A stretch of DNA of 64,000 bases, from positions 1-64,000 of the forward strand of contig JBAXKK010000001.1 in NCBI GenBank assembly GCA_037137395.1, in the 5' to 3' direction. Positions within the stretch are counted from its first letter, which is position 1. Every line of letters begins with the position of its first letter. Under the pieces are notes generated by a model. It saw only the letters and a list, made by a program, of their open reading frames with translations. It made no database searches and had not been told where the DNA came from. Shown here piece after piece: positions 58,253 through 64,000 of the stretch. Source of the stretch: Elusimicrobiota bacterium (lineage in GTDB: Bacteria > Elusimicrobiota > Elusimicrobia > Elusimicrobiales > UBA9959). The position numbers and the translations under genes were made by a program.

Positions 58253-59149
58253 TCATCCCTTATTCACTAGGTCCGAAAAAAGTGTGGAACTCATGTAAGG
58301 CAGCAGTTCGTGGCTGTTGAGCTCTTCGCGCAGGATGAGAACGCCGCCCTGCTTCTGAAGCGCCAGGTACGCTTCTCCATCCCTATATTTTTCATGATTC
58401 TGCGAGATGAATATCCAGCCGGAGTCTTTAAGATTTTTGGAAAGGTTCTCCATGGCCAGTTTTGCCTCTTGCGGGGAAAAATAAACGCTATTAAGCACAT
58501 TCGCGCATTTGATGATATCGGCCTTAAAGTTTAGAGTGCCGGAAAAAACATCAAACTGTTGTATTCCGGCCGCGCCTAGTTTTTCGCTGATGAGAGGGTT
58601 CAGAAGAGATATTTGCCCCGCGGTTGCCGGCGCGGCGCCGGTTTTTACGCCCGTGCAGATATAGAAGAAGAGGAATTTGAACGAAAGACAGAAGTCTTCC
58701 TTGTTGTAGAAGATTCGGGCCGGTCCGAAATCCTTGTAGAGAAAAGAGATCTGGATATCGGTCAATATCACTTTCTTGTTCCCGGCATTAGCCAGGAGGC
58801 CGAAGGCCGATATGCCGTCCGAGACCCCGGTTTCGCATATGATATCTCCGGCTTTAGACTTAGAGAGGATGGCGCGATCTGTAAGCGGGCTGCGCCCGGC
58901 CGCAGTTGTCTTATAGGAGGGGCCGCTTCGAAAAAGGGTCATTACTTCCGAGAAAAGGGAGCTTTTTTTATCCAGAGGAAGCGCCGATAGGCGGATGTTT
59001 TCCAGTATATCCGGGCTGAATTTTATACGCAGGGCGATCAAAAGGGGTCTCAGGACCGGGTTTTTCAGCGCGGACAGATAAAACCTGAGAAAGCGCGCAT
59101 TGTCCACGCAAAATCCGCTTCTGAAGATGAGTTTTTTAATTTCCAGCAT
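58253..59149 (-). CDS. Hypothetical protein with methyltransferase-like fold
   Basis: YKTT..GR, ETGVSDG, DIIKCANVLN..YF. Confidence 0.6.
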   Translation of the reverse strand: MLEIKKLIFRSGFCVDNARFLRFYLSALKNPVLRPLLIALRIKFSPDILENIRLSALPLDKKSSLFSEVMTLFRSGPSYKTTAAGRSPLTDRAILSKSKAGDIICETGVSDGISAFGLLANAGNKKVILTDIQISFLYKDFGPARIFYNKEDFCLSFKFLFFYICTGVKTGAAPATAGQISLLNPLISEKLGAAGIQQFDVFSGTLNFKADIIKCANVLNSVYFSPQEAKLAMENLSKNLKDSGWIFISQNHEKYRDGEAYLALQKQGGVLILREELNSHELLPYMSSTLFSDLVNKG

Positions 59150-59172
59150 ATTTTTACGCCGCGTCAGCGTGC

Positions 59173-59357
59173 TAACCTGAATTCCGCAGTTCGACGTGTT
59201 TTTTATTGCGGAAATCAGGGAACAGAATTATTCTGCGGAATTCCCCGCGAAGCGGGCGGAGGGCCCAGTGCTATGCGCGCCAGACCCGAAGAAGTGTATG
59301 CCTCCCGAAGGGCGCCCGCTATGCGGACGGAAAACTTCAACTGAAGTTTTCAGGCTA
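59173..59357. repeat. Structured ~185-bp dispersed element, copy 2
   Basis: Homologous to 18708-18895, same orientation. Confidence 0.85.
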
Positions 59358-59585
59358 AACACGCCGCAGAAATATTATCACACATTGAGCTTGTTGGGGT
59401 CAATCTTTGAACATCGGATAAAACACAGGCTCTTGAACTGATATTATACAATTGACCGCCGCGTTTTAAGCGACCGCCACCCTTTGGGCGGCTCCTATTG
59501 AGTAGTGAAGGACTATTTTGGCACAATATAGTTACATGGCTATTTGCCGCCTACAAATAATTTGGCGTATTCGCTGAAGGATATT

Positions 59586-62234
59586 ATGCTTAAAAGACTT
59601 GTTGAATCACTCATCGGCTCTAAAAGCGAACGCGATTTAAAGAAGATCCACCCCATCGTGGATCAGATAAACGCTTTTGAAGACGAGTTCTCAAAGCTCT
59701 CCGACGGACAGCTCAGCGCTAAAACCACGGAATTCCGGGAGCGCCTCGCCAAGGGTGCAACGCTGGACGATTTGCTGCCGGAAGCTTTTGCCGTTGTTCG
59801 CGAATCAGCCAAAAGGACGCTTAAGATGCGTCATTACGATGTGCAGATGGTGGGCGGCATAATCCTGCACAAGGGCAAGATCGCCGAGATGCGCACCGGA
59901 GAGGGAAAAACTCTGGTGGCAACCCTGGCCGCGTATCTTAACGCCCTTACGGGAAAGGGTGTACATGTTGTAACGGTTAACGATTATCTGGCCAAACGCG
60001 ACCGCTTCTGGATAGGTCCCGTGCACGAGTTTCTGGGTCTCACAGTCGGATCCGTGCAGCACGACATGCGCAACGAAGAACGCCGGGCCATGTACAACTG
60101 CGACATTACCTATGTCACTAATAACGAGATCGGCTTTGATTACCTGCGCGACAACATGGTTATGGATAAGTCCGAGCGCGTCATGCGCGAGCGCAACTAC
60201 GCTATCGTGGACGAAGTGGACTCCATTCTTGTGGACGAGGCCCGGACTCCGCTGATCATCTCCGGCCCGGCGGAAGAGTCCACCGACAAATATTACATTG
60301 TCAATCGTGTCATTCCGCTTCTGAACGTTCGCTTTATAACCGAGAAAGAGGAGATTGACGCTAAGCGCGAGGGTACTGATCTCGGCGTGGGGTATGACGC
60401 CGTCATAGATGAGAAGAACCATTCCGTAATTCTAACCGAAGAGGGAGTGAAAAAGGCCGAAAAAATACTTAGTGTCGGTAATATTTACGATGATGTCGGC
60501 GCCGAATGGGTGCACCATTTGAATCAGGCACTGCGCGCCTACCACCTGTTCAAGAAAGACGTGGAATATGTGGTGAAAGAAGGTGAGATCATCATCGTGG
60601 ATGAGTTCACCGGACGCTTGATGCCGGGCCGCCGCTGGTCGGACGGCCTTCACCAGGCCATAGAAGCCAAGGAAAACCTGCGCATAAAGGAAGAGAACCA
60701 GACCCTGGCCACTATAACTTTCCAGAACTATTTCAAGCTGTACAACAAGCTTTCCGGCATGACCGGTACGGCTCTGACCGAAGCCGACGAGTTCTGGGAG
60801 ATCTACAAGCTGGATGTGGTTGAGATACCGCCGAACCGTCCCATGGTGCGACAGGATTCTCCGGATCGGATATACCGGACCGAGCGCGAGAAGAACGCCG
60901 CCATAGTCGCCGAGATAGAGGAGCGCTGGAAGAAGGGTCAGCCGATGCTTGTGGGCACCCGTTCCATAGATAAATCGGAGAAGCTGTCCACGATGCTGCG
61001 CCACAAAGGCGTGCCGCATGAAGTTTTGAACGCCAAATACCATGAGATGGAGGCCCAGATCATCGCCCAGGCAGGCCGAAAGAACCAGGTGACAATCGCC
61101 ACCAACATGGCGGGTCGCGGCACCGATATCATTTTAGGCGGCAACCCTCCGGATGAGGCTAACCACCAGTATGTCGCCTCAGTGGGCGGCCTGCATGTTA
61201 TGGGCACCGAGCGCCACGAGTCGCGCCGTATAGATAACCAGCTGCGCGGCCGCTGCGCCAGGCAGGGAGACTCCGGTTCTTCCGTTTTTTATGTGTCGTT
61301 GGAGGACGAATTGATGCGCCTGTTCGGTTCGGACAGGATCTCCATGATCATGGAGAAGCTGGGCATGGAAGAAGGCGAGGTTATAGAGTCCGCTATGGTC
61401 AGCCGCCAGATAGAGGGCGCTCAGAAGCGGGTGGAGGGCATGAACTTTGACGCCCGCAAACAGCTTTTGGATTACGACAACGTGATGAATAAGCAGCGCA
61501 TGGCCATCTATGAATTGCGCAATGTTATTCTGGACGGGGCCGACGTTACCGTTCGCGTGAAGAGCATGATTCAGGAAGGAGTAGAGGAGCAGATAGACTT
61601 TTGCGCGCCGGCCGATCAGTCCTCCCAGCTCTGGAACATGGAGAACCTGAATATTTATCTGGCCAAGACCTTCGGTTTCACGCTCGAATACACTAAAGAT
61701 CAACTGCATAGTATGCAGCAGGCTGAACTGAAGAAAGAGCTGCACGAAAGAGTGGAAAAGGGCTATGATAACCGCGTCCGTGAATTTGCGGAGCGCGGCG
61801 TGAATTTTAACGATATGCAGCGCGTGCTGCTGCTCCAGATCATAGACCATATCTGGAAGAACCATCTCTACGATCTCGACCACCTTAAGAAGGGCGTGGG
61901 CCTGCGCGCTTACGGCCAGAAAGATCCGCTCATAGAATATCAGAAAGAATCCTATGCCATGTTCGAGAAAATGCTTGGGCGCGTCAGGGATGAGATGGTT
62001 GAATATGTTTTCAGGATACAGCTTCCGCCCGTGGCTGCGGCAAAGCCTCATGTAACCCGGGAAGAGGGCGCTGAACCAGAAGCCGACGGTATGGTGAAAG
62101 CAGGCGCGGAGCAGGTTGGTAATTTGGCGACCAAGAAAAAACCGCAGGAAAAGTATGTCAATCTCAAAACAGGCAGAAACGACCCCTGCCCCTGCGGCTC
62201 CGGCAAAAAATACAAGAAATGTCACGGGGCGTAG
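59586..62234 (+). CDS. secA: Preprotein translocase subunit SecA
   Basis: [47 protein letters not shown]. Confidence 0.98.
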   Translation: MLKRLVESLIGSKSERDLKKIHPIVDQINAFEDEFSKLSDGQLSAKTTEFRERLAKGATLDDLLPEAFAVVRESAKRTLKMRHYDVQMVGGIILHKGKIAEMRTGEGKTLVATLAAYLNALTGKGVHVVTVNDYLAKRDRFWIGPVHEFLGLTVGSVQHDMRNEERRAMYNCDITYVTNNEIGFDYLRDNMVMDKSERVMRERNYAIVDEVDSILVDEARTPLIISGPAEESTDKYYIVNRVIPLLNVRFITEKEEIDAKREGTDLGVGYDAVIDEKNHSVILTEEGVKKAEKILSVGNIYDDVGAEWVHHLNQALRAYHLFKKDVEYVVKEGEIIIVDEFTGRLMPGRRWSDGLHQAIEAKENLRIKEENQTLATITFQNYFKLYNKLSGMTGTALTEADEFWEIYKLDVVEIPPNRPMVRQDSPDRIYRTEREKNAAIVAEIEERWKKGQPMLVGTRSIDKSEKLSTMLRHKGVPHEVLNAKYHEMEAQIIAQAGRKNQVTIATNMAGRGTDIILGGNPPDEANHQYVASVGGLHVMGTERHESRRIDNQLRGRCARQGDSGSSVFYVSLEDELMRLFGSDRISMIMEKLGMEEGEVIESAMVSRQIEGAQKRVEGMNFDARKQLLDYDNVMNKQRMAIYELRNVILDGADVTVRVKSMIQEGVEEQIDFCAPADQSSQLWNMENLNIYLAKTFGFTLEYTKDQLHSMQQAELKKELHERVEKGYDNRVREFAERGVNFNDMQRVLLLQIIDHIWKNHLYDLDHLKKGVGLRAYGQKDPLIEYQKESYAMFEKMLGRVRDEMVEYVFRIQLPPVAAAKPHVTREEGAEPEADGMVKAGAEQVGNLATKKKPQEKYVNLKTGRNDPCPCGSGKKYKKCHGA

Positions 62235-62237
62235 GGG

Positions 62238-62430
62238 ATTTAAGATTTAAGATTGTCAGATTTAAGATTCAAGATTTAGGATTCAGGATTGAAGATTTAG
62301 GGGTTAAGATTGGTGAGTTGGGGCTGCGATGGAGATGGGCGGTAAATAGAAAATGGGGTCTAAATCAAAATCTCAGCGATTCGGATTCCGTAATCTTAAA
62401 TCTGGAATCTTGAATTTTGAATCCGCAACC
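62238..62430. repeat. Inverted heptamer array (GATTTAA/GATTCAA, then TCTTGAA/TCTTAAA)
   Basis: About ten GATTNNN units followed by reverse-complement units running into the lnt 5' end. Confidence 0.85.
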
Positions 62431-63843
62431 ACCCTGCTTCTGCCAGCGCTCACAGCACTGCTTCTTATCTTCAGCTATCCAAAGTTTAATCAAGGGTGGT
62501 TGGCGTGGCTGGCCCTGGCCCCGCTCACGGTCTCACTCTGGAAAGTTAAAAGCCTCAAACAAGCCCTGATAGCCGGTCTCGTGGCCGGTTTCTTTTTTTA
62601 CGCCGGCATCCTTTATTGGATCTATCCAACCATGCGCGCCGGAGGGGTTATCCCGGTTGTTTCCGCTTTCGGTCTGGCGGCTTTAAGCCTGTTGATGGCG
62701 TGCGAGTTCATTCTTATCGCCGGTTTCGGCTTTTATCTGAAAAGGATAGGGCCCCGGATCTGGCCTTGTGTTTTTGCCCTGGGTTGGGCTCTGCTGGAAT
62801 ATGGCAAGATTTACCTAAGCCTTAAGGCGGTATGGTTTCCCTGGTTCATGCTTGGTTATACGCAGTGGGAGTACACGCCCATCATCCAACTTGCCTCCCT
62901 GACCGGAGTTTACGGCCTTAGCGCGGCAATCTGTTTCACCGGCGCGCTGGCTGGAAGTATTTTAGTCGCGGATATCACCACTCTTAAAAAATTTTTGCGC
63001 TTTATCCCCGCTCCGGCTCTGATAGGTTTGATATTTTTTTACGGAGGTCGGGAACTTAAAACAGCCGACAATGCCGTGGCACCAAAATCGTTTAATGTCG
63101 CCATACTGCAGCCATCCATAGACCTTTACGCGAAATGGGACGCGGCTCAGGCTCGTAATATTCGCGCAGACATGGAGGGGCTGGCTGCCGCGGCCAAAAA
63201 CTCTGATCTGGTCGTCTGGCCGGAAAACGCTCTGCCGTGCTGGATAGATGAGCCCGAATGCTATGCCTGGCTTAAAGCCGCGACGCTCCGCCCCGCCGGC
63301 GTGAGTATCGTGGGATCCGTGTCTAAGGGGGACGGACGCCATGTGTCCGCGTTCCTGCTGGATGAGAAGGGTGAAATAAAAGGTTCTTATGATAAACGCC
63401 AACTGGTGCCTTTCGGGGAGTATGTGCCACTGCGGGGTTTGCTGGGAAGATATATTAAGCCCGTGGCCGCGCTGGGGGAATTTCTGCCGGGTGCTCCTGC
63501 TCAGGGGCTTATGACATTCGGTGATTTTAAAATAGGCGCGGCCATTTGTTACGAATCGGTTTTCCCTTACCTGTTTGCCGGCGACACCCTGGCCGGCGCC
63601 GAAGTCTTTGTTAATATCACCAACGATGGCTGGTATCTGGATACCGCCGCGCCGTATCAGCATTTTCTTGTTAACATTTTTCGGGCGGTTGAAACCCGAA
63701 GACCGGTAATCCGCGCGGCCAATAACGGCATCTCGGCGGTTATAGATCCCTGGGGCCGAGTGTTGGTCAGGAAAGATCTGAACGAGCGCGGCGTTCTGAA
63801 GGTGAAGGTTCCCGTTTATTCCGATCTCGGCCTCAGCTTTTAA
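62353..63843 (+). CDS. lnt: Apolipoprotein N-acyltransferase (probably housekeeping; start uncertain)
   Basis: WPEN, KRQLVPFGE, ICYES, NDGW, RAVE, NNGIS. Confidence 0.92.
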   Translation: MGSKSKSQRFGFRNLKSGILNFESATTLLLPALTALLLIFSYPKFNQGWLAWLALAPLTVSLWKVKSLKQALIAGLVAGFFFYAGILYWIYPTMRAGGVIPVVSAFGLAALSLLMACEFILIAGFGFYLKRIGPRIWPCVFALGWALLEYGKIYLSLKAVWFPWFMLGYTQWEYTPIIQLASLTGVYGLSAAICFTGALAGSILVADITTLKKFLRFIPAPALIGLIFFYGGRELKTADNAVAPKSFNVAILQPSIDLYAKWDAAQARNIRADMEGLAAAAKNSDLVVWPENALPCWIDEPECYAWLKAATLRPAGVSIVGSVSKGDGRHVSAFLLDEKGEIKGSYDKRQLVPFGEYVPLRGLLGRYIKPVAALGEFLPGAPAQGLMTFGDFKIGAAICYESVFPYLFAGDTLAGAEVFVNITNDGWYLDTAAPYQHFLVNIFRAVETRRPVIRAANNGISAVIDPWGRVLVRKDLNERGVLKVKVPVYSDLGLSF

Positions 63844-63862
63844 AAAGGCAGCATCAGTTTAT

Positions 63863-64000
63863 ATGAAAATTGTTTTTTCAAGCGATTATACGGTAAGTAA
63901 TTGCCGGCATATTTTCAGGACCGATAAATTTTCGGCGGTCCTGAAGTTGCTTTTGGAAGAGGGGTTGGTCACAAAAAAAGAAATTATTGAGCCAAAGCCT
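63863..64000 (+). CDS. Probable histone-deacetylase-family protein, 5' fragment
   Basis: MKIVFSSDY...HIF...KF......L...G......IEP resembles HDAC-family N-termini; open to the window end. Confidence 0.5.
   Translation, partial: MKIVFSSDYTVSNCRHIFRTDKFSAVLKLLLEEGLVTKKEIIEPKP

Noticed and set aside
59196..59441. 81-aa ORF
   Set aside because: It is the translation of the dispersed element; no RBS or recognisable protein features.
59449..59500. Small RNA in the secA leader
   Set aside because: Only short GC hairpins; no family resemblance or second copy.
62219..62413. 64-aa ORF after secA
   Set aside because: Translation of the heptamer array.
62238..62430. CRISPR array
   Set aside because: Units are 7 bp with no unique spacers, and no cas genes are in the window.

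Overview
Bacterial chromosomal window from a diderm organism (porin, TolC, Lnt). The gene style suggests an Elusimicrobiota-like lineage, but that is only a guess. Housekeeping content: two tRNAs, a complete eight-gene shikimate operon, an RND efflux operon, prfB-tatD, metH, an S1 paralog, coaD, two peptidases, trmL and secA-lnt. There is also a large surface-glycan region (37.8-59.1 kb). No CRISPR array, transposase, integrase or rRNA was seen. Most interesting: (1) two tandem secreted Ser/Thr-rich peptides ending in G-C-C-G, facing a translationally coupled operon of GT2 glycosyltransferase, extra Lnt, divergent Lgt and a membrane protein, which may be an undescribed peptide lipidation/glycosylation system; (2) a ~187-bp non-coding element present twice, with TA-bounded terminal inverted repeats and compensatory base changes in two stems; (3) inverted 7-bp tandem arrays that also lie inside coding regions; (4) a sugar pathway with an E1/ColD-type dehydratase, a His-deficient transketolase-like pair and a B12 radical SAM enzyme; (5) a shared palindrome + TAAACT promoter layout upstream of two secreted-protein genes. 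All calls were made by eye, without database searches.
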